In this document: in pieces, positions 28,969 to 40,973 of the stretch
Layout of the letters: each line of letters opens with the position of its first letter
Position numbering within the stretch: position 1 is the stretch's first letter
Sequence record: SRR31156797_17365
Length of the DNA: 40,973 nt
Direction: 5' to 3' (one strand)
The notes under the pieces: generated by a model
Seen by the model: the letters and a program-made list of their open reading frames with translations, nothing else
What the model was told of the DNA's origin: nothing
Database searches by the model: none
Position numbers and translations under genes: made by a program

Positions 28969-29149
28969 AATGGCTTGTCTTTTCAGGCGCTGGTGCGATA
29001 ATACCAACAAGAATGATCACCACACCTGTGACCAAAGAGATGATTGAAGTTAATTGAAAATCATAAGTTGCTCCAGCAAGTGAGCTGCCTAGATAGCCAA
29101 CGACTTGACCTAATACAAAAGTCCAAAATAAAGTGACTAGGTAACGCAT
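28967..29149 (-). CDS. YjzD/DUF2929-family small membrane protein
   Basis: MRYLVTLFWTFVLGQVVGYLGSSL, two TM; GAGGTG RBS; divergent from dnaE. Confidence 0.85.
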   Translation of the reverse strand: MRYLVTLFWTFVLGQVVGYLGSSLAGATYDFQLTSIISLVTGVVIILVGIIAPAPEKTSH

Positions 29150-29296
29150 GACGACACCTCTTTTCTGCGTATCTTCCATTTCGACTTTAGTTTATCACAA
29201 AAATATTTATTGTAAAGATTTTCACTTTTTCATTTTGTTTTTCAAATCTATTTACTAGCAGAAAGAAAGAGAATTTTCATTTTTGGAGGGATTTCA

Positions 29297-32200
29297 ATGT
29301 ATTCACAGCTCACCACCTTAAGCGCCTATTCGTTGCTGCAAAGTACGATCAAAATTCCTCACTATATAGAGCAAGCCAAAAAGATGGGCTATCAGACATT
29401 GGGGCTGACCGATCATAATGTTCTCTATGGCGCGGTCGAGTTTTATCAACAATGCCTAGCACAGGGCATCAAGCCGATTTTTGGCGCTTTGTTCGACTGT
29501 ACCTTCGGAGAGGGATCAATGTCCTTTCCATTGTACGTATTTGCCAAAAACCTCAAGGGCTATCAAACCTTGATGCGTTTATCAAGTGAAAAAATGATCA
29601 CCGAGCAGTTGAATTTAGCTGCTTGTGATTCTTTGCAGGATCTCTTTGGTTTGCTGCCTGAAGGCGAGGGGTTTCTGCCTTCTCAGCACGATGATCTAGA
29701 AGCCAATCAAGAAGCACTGCGAGCAATCAGCCATAAATTTGATTCTGAGAGCTTGTTTTTAGGGATTACTAGCAAAGGGCTAGATCCAGAAACGATCGCT
29801 TGGTTTAACGAGCAAAACATTGCACCATGTGCGTATCAACCCATCGCGGCTTTAGCACAAGAAGAAGCCTTTGCAGTCAAAGTGATGACCCATATCAAAG
29901 ATGGTTCGCAAATTGAAGACTTTCGTCAGGCAAAAGAGCAAGCGACTACGCAGCTTTTTTTACAACCGGCAGACCAATTGACTGCGTCATTTGGCGAAGC
30001 GTCGCAGGCATTGATGAATAATCAGCGGATTGCAGCTGAATGCGCCGTCGAGCTGCCGCTGCATCAGCGGCTGTTGCCTCATTACCCGCTACCAGCCGAA
30101 GAAAGTGCTGCGGACTATTTGCGGAAAATTTGTTTTGAGCGTCTGCCTCAGCGTGTTGCCCACGTTACATCGGCGTACGAACAGCGTTTGGATTATGAGT
30201 TGTCCGTTATCCATAAGATGGGCTTTGATGACTATTTCTTGATTATTTGGGACGTCATGGACTTTGCCCACCAACAAGAGATCGTTACCGGCGCTGGACG
30301 GGGATCGGCTGCTGGAGCACTGGTGGCATATGTTTTATCGATCACCGACGTAGATCCAATCAAATACGATCTTTTGTTTGAACGATTCTTGAATCCAGAA
30401 CGTTACACGATGCCTGATATTGATTTAGATATTCCTGACAATCGCAGAGACGAGATTTTACAGTATGTGCGCCAAAAATATGGGCAAGAATATATGGCAC
30501 AGATTGCCACGTTTGGTACCATGGCGGCCAAAATGGTTTTGCGAGATGTTTCTCGGGTCTTTGGTCTCTCGCAAAGTGAAGCTAATCGCTGGTCAAAAGC
30601 CATCCCCAATGCCTTGAAAATGACCTTAGATCTTGCTTATGAACAATCCAATCAGCTGCGAGAGCTGGTTTCGTTCAATGAGCGGAATCAAGTAATGTTT
30701 CAAGTCGCCAAAATCTTAGAAGGACTGCCCCGTCACGTATCGACCCATGCCGCCGGTGTGGTGATCAGTGACAAGAATCTGCTTGATTTGGTGCCTTTGC
30801 AAGAAGGCAGCGATGGGATTTGGCTGACCCAGTTTACCATGAATGACGTGGAAGCCATTGGCCTATTGAAGATGGATTTTTTAGGTTTGAGAAACTTGTC
30901 GATCATTGATAATACCTTGAAAGGTATCAAACGAATCAGCCAACAAATCGTAACCCAAAAAGAGATTCCTCTTGATGATCCAGCAACATTGCGTTTGTTT
31001 CAAAAAGGGGAGACGGCAGGGATCTTCCAATTTGAATCAGCGGGAATACGCAATGTCTTGCGCAAGCTAGGGCCAGAAAGTATCGAAGACATTGCTGCAG
31101 TCAATGCCTTGTATCGCCCGGGACCGATGCAAAATATTGATACTTTTATCAAGCGGAAAAAAGGACAAGAGCGGGTCTCTTATCCGGATGACAGCTTGAT
31201 TCCAATCTTGCAAAACACTTACGGAATCATTGTTTATCAAGAACAGATCATGCAAGTAGCTTCCAAAATGGCTGGTTTTAGCCTAGGACAGGCAGATATT
31301 TTGCGGCGAGCAATCAGTAAAAAGAAAAAAGACGTGTTGGATGAAGAACGTCGCCATTTTGTGCAAGGTGCGTTGGCCAATCATTATGACGAGAAGACCG
31401 CCAATTTGGTCTATGACTATATTGAGCGCTTCGCCAACTATGGGTTTAACCGTTCCCATGCGTTTGCCTATTCCTTTATCGGCTTTCAAATGGCGTACTT
31501 GAAAGTGCACTATCCGGCACCTTTTTTTGCTTCGATCTTGCACTCGGTACGCAATACTGCAAGCAAAATGAAAGAATACTTAAATGAAGCCGCACGTTAT
31601 GGCGTAGAAGTATTGCCACCATCGATCAATACCAGTGGGTTTAGTTTTCAACTGCAAAATGAGAAACAAATCCGCTTTGGGTTCAGCAGTATCAAAGGGA
31701 TTCGGCGCGACATGATCCAAGACATTTTGACAGAACGAAAAGAGCATGGCAATTTCACGTCCATGGATCAATTTTTACTTCGCTTGAATCAGCGGAACAG
31801 CAAGTGGTTAAAGTTGGACTATTTATTGCCGCTTTTGAGCATCGGTGTATTCGATGTGATTGCGCCTAATCGAAAACAAGCATTGATCCAACTAGAAGGG
31901 AAAATCCAAAATATTACTTATAGTGGCGGCAGTTTGGATCTCTTAGAAACCATGGCTTTAAAAGAAGAAGCCGTTGCCGATTACAAACTGGAAGAGAAAC
32001 TGGCTTTGGAAGAAGAATACTTAGGTGTTTATTTGTCTGGCCATCCCGTAGAACAGTTTCAAAAATTGCATCAATTAAAACAAATCACCGATATTGCCGA
32101 TCTGGTTCCGAATGAACGGGTCCGCATCCTTTTGTATGTCCGCAAGATTCGGGAGATACGTACAAAAAAAGGCGAACAGATGGCATTTGTTGAAGGAACG

Positions 32201-32608
32201 GATGCTAGCAAAGAAGTTTCAGTAACGATTTTTCCCATCGTTTATCGACAAGTGCGTTCCTTGATCGAAGAAAATGCTGTTCTCTATATTGAAGGAAAGG
32301 TCGAGGTAAGTCGTTACAATGGTGAAATCCAACTCATTGCTGATAAAATAGACTTAGCAGAAAACGTTCAAAATAAAATTGCGCCACAAACTTGCTACTT
32401 AAAGATTTCTGCTGAAGCCGAAACGTCGCACCTGCAAGCATTGTCGAAGGAAATGAAGCAGCATCAAGGAAATATTCCAGTGGTGATGTTTTATGAAAGT
32501 AGTGGCAAAAAAGTGTTATTAGCAGAAGAAAACTGGGTAACGGATGAGCCGAACTTTGTCACACAACTGAAGGCATTATTAGGAAATGGAAATGTAATTT
32601 TCAAGTAA
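29297..32608 (+). CDS. dnaE: DNA polymerase III alpha subunit DnaE
   Basis: PHP domain, GRGSAAG, PDIDLD, HAAGVV, GLLKMDFLGL, YGFNRSH, OB fold. Confidence 0.97.
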   Translation: MYSQLTTLSAYSLLQSTIKIPHYIEQAKKMGYQTLGLTDHNVLYGAVEFYQQCLAQGIKPIFGALFDCTFGEGSMSFPLYVFAKNLKGYQTLMRLSSEKMITEQLNLAACDSLQDLFGLLPEGEGFLPSQHDDLEANQEALRAISHKFDSESLFLGITSKGLDPETIAWFNEQNIAPCAYQPIAALAQEEAFAVKVMTHIKDGSQIEDFRQAKEQATTQLFLQPADQLTASFGEASQALMNNQRIAAECAVELPLHQRLLPHYPLPAEESAADYLRKICFERLPQRVAHVTSAYEQRLDYELSVIHKMGFDDYFLIIWDVMDFAHQQEIVTGAGRGSAAGALVAYVLSITDVDPIKYDLLFERFLNPERYTMPDIDLDIPDNRRDEILQYVRQKYGQEYMAQIATFGTMAAKMVLRDVSRVFGLSQSEANRWSKAIPNALKMTLDLAYEQSNQLRELVSFNERNQVMFQVAKILEGLPRHVSTHAAGVVISDKNLLDLVPLQEGSDGIWLTQFTMNDVEAIGLLKMDFLGLRNLSIIDNTLKGIKRISQQIVTQKEIPLDDPATLRLFQKGETAGIFQFESAGIRNVLRKLGPESIEDIAAVNALYRPGPMQNIDTFIKRKKGQERVSYPDDSLIPILQNTYGIIVYQEQIMQVASKMAGFSLGQADILRRAISKKKKDVLDEERRHFVQGALANHYDEKTANLVYDYIERFANYGFNRSHAFAYSFIGFQMAYLKVHYPAPFFASILHSVRNTASKMKEYLNEAARYGVEVLPPSINTSGFSFQLQNEKQIRFGFSSIKGIRRDMIQDILTERKEHGNFTSMDQFLLRLNQRNSKWLKLDYLLPLLSIGVFDVIAPNRKQALIQLEGKIQNITYSGGSLDLLETMALKEEAVADYKLEEKLALEEEYLGVYLSGHPVEQFQKLHQLKQITDIADLVPNERVRILLYVRKIREIRTKKGEQMAFVEGTDASKEVSVTIFPIVYRQVRSLIEENAVLYIEGKVEVSRYNGEIQLIADKIDLAENVQNKIAPQTCYLKISAEAETSHLQALSKEMKQHQGNIPVVMFYESSGKKVLLAEENWVTDEPNFVTQLKALLGNGNVIFK

Positions 32609-32757
32609 TTTTCCGAAAACGATAATTCAACTTACACTTTTTTCAACTTTTTCCCACTATTTCAAGACATTTTCATGGAATAATGGTAGAATATGTCTCG
32701 TGGTTATTACTTGAAAACTAGCAAACAGGGGCTTCCCTAAACAAAATCTTTTGATGA

Positions 32758-33732
<975 letters not shown>

Positions 33733-33816
33733 AGAGATTTTTTAGAGCAACGCAACAGTAATTTTGTAAAAAAAGCTTATTAGCTATTTTAAATAAATGA
33801 ATAGGAGCGTTTAGTA

Positions 33817-35601
33817 ATGAAAAAAACAAAGATCGTAAGTACATTAGGACCAGCAAGTAACAGTGTGGAAATTATTTCTCAACTGATTGAAGCCGGTGCG
33901 AATGTCTTCCGCTTTAACTTCTCTCATGGAGATCATGAAGAACAATTAGCGCGTATGACAATGGTTCGTGAAGCCGTGAAGAAAACTGGTAAAGATGTCG
34001 GTATCCTTTTAGATACAAAAGGTGCTGAAATCCGTACAACTGTACAAAATACGACAGAAGCTGACTTTGGTCGTGCTGGATACATCCAATTTAACGTTGG
34101 CGATGAAACACGCATTTCAATGGATCCAGAACACAAAGGAACAAAAGAAAAAATTGCTGTAACTTATCCTGGTTTATTTGAAGATGTTCATGTGGGCGGA
34201 CACATCTTGTTTGATGATGGTTTGATCGACATGGAAATCAAAGAAAAAGACGAAGCAACCCGCGAATTAGTGGTTGTTGTTAAAAATGCTGGAATGTTAG
34301 GATCACGTAAAGGGGTCAACGCTCCTGGCGTATCAATCAGCTTACCTGGTATTACTGAAAAAGATGCAGAAGATATCCGTTTTGGTCTTGATAACGATAT
34401 CGACTTCATTGCCGCTTCATTTGTACGTAAAGCGCAAGACGTTTTAGAAATTCGTGAAATTTTAGAAGAAAAAGACATGACTCATGTGCAAATCTTCTCT
34501 AAAATCGAATCACAAGAGGGTATCGATAATATCGATGAAATCATCAAAGTTTCTGATGGTATCATGGTTGCCCGTGGGGACATGGGTGTTGAGATCCCTG
34601 CTGAAGAAGTACCAATGGTTCAAAAGAGCATCATTAAAAAATGTAACGCTGCTGGTAAATCAGTTATCACAGCAACACAAATGTTAGAGTCAATGCAACA
34701 AAACCCACGTCCAACCCGTGCAGAAGCTTCTGACGTTGCCAATGCTGTCTTTGATGGTACCGATGCAACAATGCTTTCTGGTGAATCAGCAAACGGTGAC
34801 TACCCTGTTGAGGCAGTAGCAACAATGGCACGGATCGACGTTGAAGCTGAAAAAGCTTTATCAGAAAACAGCACATTCCAAATCAACCAATTCGATAAAA
34901 CAGATGTAACAGAAACAATCGGTTTATCTGTTGCTCGTGCGGCGAAAAACCTAGGGGTTAAAACAATCGTTGCAGCGACTGAATCTGGCTACACTGCAAA
35001 AATGATCTCTAAATATCGTCCAGATGCTGACATTTTAGCTGTTACATTTGATGAACGTACAAAACGTGGCTTGATGCTTAACTGGGGTGTCTACCCAACC
35101 GTTGCTGAAAAACCATCAACAACTGATGAAATGTTTGAATTAGCAGCAAAACAAGCAGTTGATTTAGGTTTTGCTAAAGAAGGCGATCTAATCTTGATCA
35201 CAGCCGGTGTTCCTGTTGGTGAACGCGGAACAACCAACGTCATGAAGATCCAATTGATCGGTTCAAAATTGCTTGAAGCGCAAGGGATTGGTGAAAAATC
35301 AGTTGTTGCCAATGCCGTGATCGCTCACAGTGCCGAAGAAGCAATTGCGAAAGCAAAAGATGGCATGATTTTAGTTGTACCAACAACAGATAAAGAATAT
35401 ATGCCAGCAATCGAAAAAGCAGCAGCTTTAGTTGTTGAAGATGGCGGCTTGACTTCTCATGCAGCAGTTGTCGGAATCGCGAAAGATCTACCAGTCATCG
35501 TTGGTGCCAAAGACGCAACAACAACCATCAAAGATGGCGAATTGGTTACTCTTGATTCTCGTCGCGGTATCGTTTATCGTGGAGAAACAACAGCGATCTA
35601 A
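33817..35601 (+). CDS. pyk: Pyruvate kinase with C-terminal PEP-utiliser domain
   Basis: TLGPAS, NFSHG, ARGDMGVE, TQMLESM, MLSGESA, GGLTSHAAVV. Confidence 0.98.
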   Translation: MKKTKIVSTLGPASNSVEIISQLIEAGANVFRFNFSHGDHEEQLARMTMVREAVKKTGKDVGILLDTKGAEIRTTVQNTTEADFGRAGYIQFNVGDETRISMDPEHKGTKEKIAVTYPGLFEDVHVGGHILFDDGLIDMEIKEKDEATRELVVVVKNAGMLGSRKGVNAPGVSISLPGITEKDAEDIRFGLDNDIDFIAASFVRKAQDVLEIREILEEKDMTHVQIFSKIESQEGIDNIDEIIKVSDGIMVARGDMGVEIPAEEVPMVQKSIIKKCNAAGKSVITATQMLESMQQNPRPTRAEASDVANAVFDGTDATMLSGESANGDYPVEAVATMARIDVEAEKALSENSTFQINQFDKTDVTETIGLSVARAAKNLGVKTIVAATESGYTAKMISKYRPDADILAVTFDERTKRGLMLNWGVYPTVAEKPSTTDEMFELAAKQAVDLGFAKEGDLILITAGVPVGERGTTNVMKIQLIGSKLLEAQGIGEKSVVANAVIAHSAEEAIAKAKDGMILVVPTTDKEYMPAIEKAAALVVEDGGLTSHAAVVGIAKDLPVIVGAKDATTTIKDGELVTLDSRRGIVYRGETTAI

Positions 35602-35796
35602 TGATTTTTAACGATTGATCAAGCAACAGGCAAGTGCACGTTGTGCGCTTCCTGTTGTTTTTTTGAGAGGGTCGAAATCCCTTGAGAAAGGGCATTAAAA
35701 TGACACGATCAAAAATGAAAAAGGTGTCAAGAAAATTTCATTGACAAAGCCTCAGAAGCCCTGTATAATTGCTTTTGTTGCTTAGGGGTGATAAAA

Positions 35797-36357
35797 ATGA
35801 AATGGTCTTTATTGGAATTAAAAAAATACCAAGAGACACCGCTGATGTTTGAAGAAACACTTGACTTAAAGAGTCAACTGATAAAACGCGATGGACAGAT
35901 CATTGATTTGTCTCCTGTAAAAGTAAAAGGGCTGATGAGTGTTGATAAGCAAGGATACTTGCTGCACTATCAAGTAGAAACGACGATGACATTGCCATCT
36001 ACTCGTTCTTTGACACCTGTAGCGATTCCTTTTGATTTTTCAGTGGATGAACACTTCATGACACCAGAGCAATTTCAGCGTCGCGATGAAACGATCGTCG
36101 AAGAAGAAGTTTTGATCGTTGAAGGTCAAACCATCAGCTTAGATGAATCAGTCGCTGATAACCTATTACTTGCGATTCCTTTGCAAGTCCTGACAGAAGA
36201 AGAAAAGCAAGGTTCAGCAATGCCATCTGGCAACGATTGGGCTGTTTTGTCAGAAGAAGACTTTGCAAATCAAAAAGAAGCGCAAGCTCAACAAGTTGAT
36301 CCTCGTCTTGCAAAATTATCCGAATTATTCACTGAATCAGATGACGATAACGCGTAG
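35797..36357 (+). CDS. YceD/DUF177 family protein
   Basis: STRSL, L..P, DPRLAKL C-terminus; lies directly upstream of rpmF. Confidence 0.88.
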   Translation: MKWSLLELKKYQETPLMFEETLDLKSQLIKRDGQIIDLSPVKVKGLMSVDKQGYLLHYQVETTMTLPSTRSLTPVAIPFDFSVDEHFMTPEQFQRRDETIVEEEVLIVEGQTISLDESVADNLLLAIPLQVLTEEEKQGSAMPSGNDWAVLSEEDFANQKEAQAQQVDPRLAKLSELFTESDDDNA

Positions 36358-36413
36358 GATTGGAATAAATTGCAGCCTCAAGGTTGCGTTCATTAACAAG
36401 GAGGTGTAGCAAA

Positions 36414-36593
36414 ATGGCAGTACCAGCTAGAAAAACTTCGAAAGCGAAGAAAGCAAAACGTCGTACACATTACAAATTGACAATCAACGGTTTGAACGAA
36501 TGTGCAAACTGTGGTGAAATGAAAAAAAGCCACCATGTCTGCTCAAACTGTGGTCATTACGATGGCAAAGACGTAGCAACAAAAGAAGCATAA
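36414..36593 (+). CDS. rpmF: 50S ribosomal protein L32 (zinc-binding form)
   Basis: [14 protein letters not shown], CxxC...CxxC; AGGAGGTG RBS. Confidence 0.97.
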   Translation: MAVPARKTSKAKKAKRRTHYKLTINGLNECANCGEMKKSHHVCSNCGHYDGKDVATKEA

Positions 36594-36776
36594 TTCCTTT
36601 TTTTCAGAAAGAGGATTCTAAAACCTTAGGCTAACCATGGAGCCTGAGGTTTTTTTGTTTTTTTGACTAATATGGAACTTTTCAGAAATATTTTTGTCCA
36701 GCGAAAGAGAATAGTTCAAAAGCAGGTACATTTGCGCTATAATGAAAAAGATAATTGAATCTTAGGAGGATGAAAG

Positions 36777-38198
36777 ATGACAAAACAACAAATCGGCGTT
36801 GTCGGTATGGCTGTTATGGGCAAAAACTTAGCGTTGAACATCGAAAGCCGCGGTTATTCAGTTGCCTTATTTAACCGTACTGGTTCAAAGACAGAAGAAG
36901 TAGTAAAAGAACATCCAGATAAAAATTTTAAAGCAACCTATACGATAGAAGAATTTGTTCAATCTATTGAAAAACCACGTCGTATTTTATTAATGGTAAA
37001 AGCAGGATTTGCGACAGATGCAACGATCCAAGAATTATTGCCTCATCTAGACAAAGGCGATATTTTGATCGATGGCGGAAATACCTTCTTTAAAGATACG
37101 GTTCGTCGTAACGAAGAGTTGGCAAACTCAGGAATCAACTTTATCGGTACAGGTGTATCTGGTGGGGAAGAGGGCGCCTTGAAAGGTCCTTCGATCATGC
37201 CAGGAGGACAAAAAGAAGCGTATGAATTGGTTGCGCCAATCTTGGAACAAATTTCTGCAAAAGCCGAAGATGGAACACCTTGTGTGACTTATATTGGACC
37301 AAACGGTGCAGGCCATTACGTAAAAATGGTTCATAACGGGATCGAATATGGGGACATGCAGCTGATTGCTGAGTCTTATGACTTGATGCAAAACATATTA
37401 GGTCTATCTGTTGATGAAATGGCTGATATTTTTGCTGAATGGAACAAAGGCGAATTGGATAGCTACTTAATTGAGATCACAGCGGATATTTTGACTCGCA
37501 AAGACGATCAAGGTACAGGCAAACCAATCGTTGATGTGATTTTAGATGCTGCTGGTAATAAAGGAACTGGGAAATGGACAAGCCAAAGTGCCTTAGACCT
37601 AGGCGTACCACTACCATTGATCACTGAATCTGTTTTTGCCCGTTATATCTCGGCTTACAAAGAAGAACGGGTCAATGCCAGCAAAGTCTTACCAAAACCA
37701 GAAGCAGTTGCTTTTGAAGGAAACAAAGAAGAGTTTATCAATAAGATCCGCGAAGCATTATACTTCAGTAAGATCATGAGCTATGCACAAGGATTCGCGC
37801 AATTACGTACAGCATCAAAAGAGTATGATTGGGATCTTCCTTTTGGTGAAATTGCCAAAATTTGGCGTGCAGGCTGTATCATCCGGGCTCAATTTTTACA
37901 AAAAATCACGGATGCTTATGACAAGAATGCCGACATTGAAAACTTACTATTAGATGACTACTTCAAAGATATTACGAAACGTTATCAATCTTCTGTACGT
38001 GAAGTAGTTGCACTAGCTGTCCAAGCCGGTGTACCTGTGCCGACGTTCTCATCTGCGATCGCGTACTTCGATTCTTATCGTTCTGATCGTTTGCCAGCGA
38101 ACTTGATCCAAGCACAACGGGATTACTTCGGAGCGCATACGTATGAACGGACAGATAAAGAGGGAATTTTCCATTATTCATGGTATGACGAAGCGTAA
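36777..38198 (+). CDS. gndA: 6-phosphogluconate dehydrogenase (NADP, decarboxylating)
   Basis: [37 protein letters not shown]. Confidence 0.97.
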   Translation: MTKQQIGVVGMAVMGKNLALNIESRGYSVALFNRTGSKTEEVVKEHPDKNFKATYTIEEFVQSIEKPRRILLMVKAGFATDATIQELLPHLDKGDILIDGGNTFFKDTVRRNEELANSGINFIGTGVSGGEEGALKGPSIMPGGQKEAYELVAPILEQISAKAEDGTPCVTYIGPNGAGHYVKMVHNGIEYGDMQLIAESYDLMQNILGLSVDEMADIFAEWNKGELDSYLIEITADILTRKDDQGTGKPIVDVILDAAGNKGTGKWTSQSALDLGVPLPLITESVFARYISAYKEERVNASKVLPKPEAVAFEGNKEEFINKIREALYFSKIMSYAQGFAQLRTASKEYDWDLPFGEIAKIWRAGCIIRAQFLQKITDAYDKNADIENLLLDDYFKDITKRYQSSVREVVALAVQAGVPVPTFSSAIAYFDSYRSDRLPANLIQAQRDYFGAHTYERTDKEGIFHYSWYDEA

Positions 38199-38337
38199 GC
38201 TTTAAGAGAATCCAAAAGAGAAAGGCCGAAAGTGAGAACTTTCGGTCAATCTCTTTTTTATTTTTTAGATACATGATAAAATAAGACAGATAATGTCTAA
38301 TTTAAAGGCAGAATAATCAATAAAGGGGCTATCAATA

Positions 38338-39024
38338 ATGAGTAATATTCTAATCATTGAAGATGAAAAGAACTTAGCTCGATTTGTGGAATTAGAATTG
38401 AAGCATGAAGGGTATAATACTGAAGTTCATTACAACGGACGGACGGGACTGGATGCGGCGCTGAATAATGAATGGGATGCGATCTTATTGGATCTGATGC
38501 TTCCTGAGTTAAATGGGTTAGAAGTTTGCCGCCGCGTGCGTCAATCGAAGAACACCCCGATCATCATGATGACCGCACGAGATTCCGTGATTGATCGAGT
38601 ATCAGGTTTAGATCATGGTGCCGATGATTATATTGTGAAGCCTTTTGCAATTGAAGAATTGCTGGCACGCTTACGTGCGTTGCTTCGCCGTATCGATATC
38701 GAAGGGGACAAAAACGTTGCAAAACAAACCACGATCACATACCGAGACCTAACGATTGAAAAAGAAAATCGTGTCGTTCGTCGCGGAACAGATGTCATTG
38801 AACTAACGAAACGCGAATATGAGCTATTGTTGACTTTAATGGAAAACGTTAATGTCGTTTTGGCCAGAGATGTTTTATTAAACAAAGTCTGGGGCTATGA
38901 GACAGAAGTTGAAACCAACGTTGTCGATGTTTACATCCGCTACTTACGGAATAAAATTGATGTACCAGGGGAGGAAAGCTATATCCAAACCGTTCGTGGT
39001 ACAGGTTATGTGATGCGGTCGTGA
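38338..39024 (+). CDS. etaR: OmpR-family response regulator, EtaR/LisR/ArlR-like
   Basis: [30 protein letters not shown]; position after gnd matches enterococcal etaRS as I recall it. Confidence 0.85.
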   Translation: MSNILIIEDEKNLARFVELELKHEGYNTEVHYNGRTGLDAALNNEWDAILLDLMLPELNGLEVCRRVRQSKNTPIIMMTARDSVIDRVSGLDHGADDYIVKPFAIEELLARLRALLRRIDIEGDKNVAKQTTITYRDLTIEKENRVVRRGTDVIELTKREYELLLTLMENVNVVLARDVLLNKVWGYETEVETNVVDVYIRYLRNKIDVPGEESYIQTVRGTGYVMRS

Positions 39025-40544
39025 ACCTTAAAAAAAGAATGAAAAAATTAAAAGAACTGAAGGGGCCTTCTTTAACTGTAAAGTGGGCCTTCGCAAGTTC
39101 TTTCTTTATATTCGTCGTATTTACGATCTTTGCCGTGATCACCTATAAAACATCGGTGAATTTGATCGTCGCTAAAGAAGAAAACAATGTGGAGCGGACG
39201 ATGTCAGAGGTTGCTTCTCGTTTAGCCAATTCGGATCAAGAACTAACATTGGTCCGAACGTATCGTAATTTAACCAAAAATGATGCGGGAACGACGAGCA
39301 TTTATGATCGCACTTCAACAATCGATGGCAACTTAATGAAAATCGACTCCTTTATTTCGGAATTAGGCCAAGCACCATTGAGCCTGTTTGTTTATAATTT
39401 GAATGAGGACCTTGTGTTTAAAACCCATGAAAATGATTTAGCACTGATCGACACGCAGCGCAAAGCGCCAACTATCGTAACGCTGGATGGTATCACAGGC
39501 TTTCTCTCGATCCAACCCATTTATTCAAAAGGCACCAGAGAGCGGATTGGCTATGCACAAACCTTTTATGAGTTGACTTCTTTTTATGAAATACGCAGCA
39601 AACTGCTGCTGACTTTGATTATCTTAGAAGTCGTCTCTCTGATTCTCAGCAGTGTACTCGGGTTCTTTTTATCAGCATATTTCCTTCAGCCGTTAAAGGT
39701 ACTACGGGATACGATGGAAACTGTTCGGAAAAACCCGCAGTCAACCGTGCATATGCCAGAATTAAATACGAATGATGAACTGTCTGATTTAGCAGATATA
39801 TTTAATGAGATGTTGGATCGCATGCGCCTGTACATTGAGCAGCAAGAGCGATTCGTTGAAGATGTTTCTCATGAGTTACGGACACCCGTAGCAATCATTG
39901 AAGGACACATGAATTTGTTGCAACGTTGGGGGAAAGATGATCCAGAGATCTTGGATGAGTCCCTCGCAGCCAGTATGCAAGAGATCAGTCGAATGAAGAC
40001 GCTAGTACAGGAAATGTTGGATCTCTCAAGAGCGGAACAAGTGGATGTTCATTATGCAAATGAAACAACTAATGCAAAAGAAGTTGTCTATCAAGTGTTC
40101 AATAACTTTAAAATACTGTATCCGGATTTTGTCTTTACATTGGATGATGATTTGTATCATGAGTTGAAGCTGAAAATCTATCGCAATCATTTTGAACAGA
40201 TCATTATTATTGTCTTGGATAACGCAGTAAAGTATTCCACTGATCGAAAAGAAGTTCATCTATCCATTTCATTGGATCGTCAATCTTTTGAAATTGCCAT
40301 CCAAGATTTCGGGGAAGGCATCTCCAAAGAAGACCTCGATAAGATCTTCAATCGTTTCTATCGGGTAGATAAAGCTCGTGCTAGAACCAAAGGTGGCAAT
40401 GGTTTGGGGTTATCTATAGCAAAACAACTATTGGAAAGCTATAAAGGAAAAATCACGGCGGAGAGTGTCATTGGCCAAGGAACAATCTTTCGAATTTATA
40501 TACCGATTCTTCAAACGGAAGATCGGACGAAAAGAGAACGTTAG
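39021..40544 (+). CDS. etaS: Sensor histidine kinase, EtaS/LisK/ArlS-like
   Basis: DVSHELRTP...[31 protein letters not shown] overlap with the regulator. Confidence 0.85.
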   Translation: MNLKKRMKKLKELKGPSLTVKWAFASSFFIFVVFTIFAVITYKTSVNLIVAKEENNVERTMSEVASRLANSDQELTLVRTYRNLTKNDAGTTSIYDRTSTIDGNLMKIDSFISELGQAPLSLFVYNLNEDLVFKTHENDLALIDTQRKAPTIVTLDGITGFLSIQPIYSKGTRERIGYAQTFYELTSFYEIRSKLLLTLIILEVVSLILSSVLGFFLSAYFLQPLKVLRDTMETVRKNPQSTVHMPELNTNDELSDLADIFNEMLDRMRLYIEQQERFVEDVSHELRTPVAIIEGHMNLLQRWGKDDPEILDESLAASMQEISRMKTLVQEMLDLSRAEQVDVHYANETTNAKEVVYQVFNNFKILYPDFVFTLDDDLYHELKLKIYRNHFEQIIIIVLDNAVKYSTDRKEVHLSISLDRQSFEIAIQDFGEGISKEDLDKIFNRFYRVDKARARTKGGNGLGLSIAKQLLESYKGKITAESVIGQGTIFRIYIPILQTEDRTKRER

Positions 40545-40570
40545 GCGAAAAGCTTAAGTTCTCTTTTTTT
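40532..40570 (+). terminator. Terminator after the etaS-like gene
   Basis: AAGAGAAC...GTTCTCTT followed by a T tract. Confidence 0.7.
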
Positions 40571-40683
40571 ATCCATTATTGATAGATTTAGCCGTGAAAT
40601 ACTTCTTATAAGCGAACGTTCGAATCGTTTGACAATGAATAATTCGCTTATAAAAATAGTTGCCCAAAAGCCTATTTTTTTAG

Positions 40684-40973
40684 TTGATTTTTCCTTTAAG
40701 AATTGCTATATTATTACTTGTCCTTGTTAAGACATTTGTAACAAACACTGATTGAACTTTTTTGAAATTAGTTGTTGACGAAACATTTTACAAGTGTTAT
40801 TATAACAAAGTCGAAAAAATATCATCTCTGAAAAACCTAATAAATCAAAAAAAATTTTCAAAAAAGTGTTTGACATATAACGGTTGAGATGGTAAGATGA
40901 AAAAGTCGCTGAGGTTAAGAAAGAAGTTAAATAACAACTTCTTGAAAAAAACTTTTAAAAAAGAGTTGACAAT
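40684..40973 (+). promoter_or_regulatory. Tandem sigma-A promoter array, probable rRNA operon leader (rRNA itself outside the window)
   Basis: TTGATT-17-TATATT (40684), TTGACG-17-TATTAT (40775), TTGACA-17-TAAGAT (40870), TTGACA (40966); A/T-rich UP tracts; no ORF. Confidence 0.7.

Noticed and set aside
35230..35601. Extra C-terminal phosphohistidine-swivel domain on pyruvate kinase
   Set aside because: Known feature of many Firmicute pyruvate kinases.

Overview
Core chromosomal segment of an Enterococcus, inferred from gene order and the tmRNA tag; E. casseliflavus/gallinarum-like is my best guess, not verified. It runs from a tmRNA gene clipped at the left edge to an array of tandem sigma-A promoters, probably an rRNA operon leader, at the right edge. 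Most genes are housekeeping: ltaS, aroD, ybaK, lacD, gdhA, pgi, asnB, dnaE-pfkA-pyk, rpmF, gndA and etaRS-like genes. I see no intact mobile element or CRISPR array. The best candidate for an undescribed system is at 1.3-5.2 kb. There, an SdpI-like membrane protein and a YclJK-like two-component system face a minimal FtsX/MacB-type permease and an ABC ATPase-like protein whose catalytic motifs are all degenerate. The promoter of that pair carries a YclJ-box-like direct repeat. Other points of interest: an unannotated 24-aa membrane peptide gene; a small islet after tRNA-Ser(CGA) with an orphan Ltp-domain (superinfection-exclusion-type) gene, two convergent small ORFs and a rod-like hairpin; and a PurR-operator-like inverted repeat before the putative rrn promoters.
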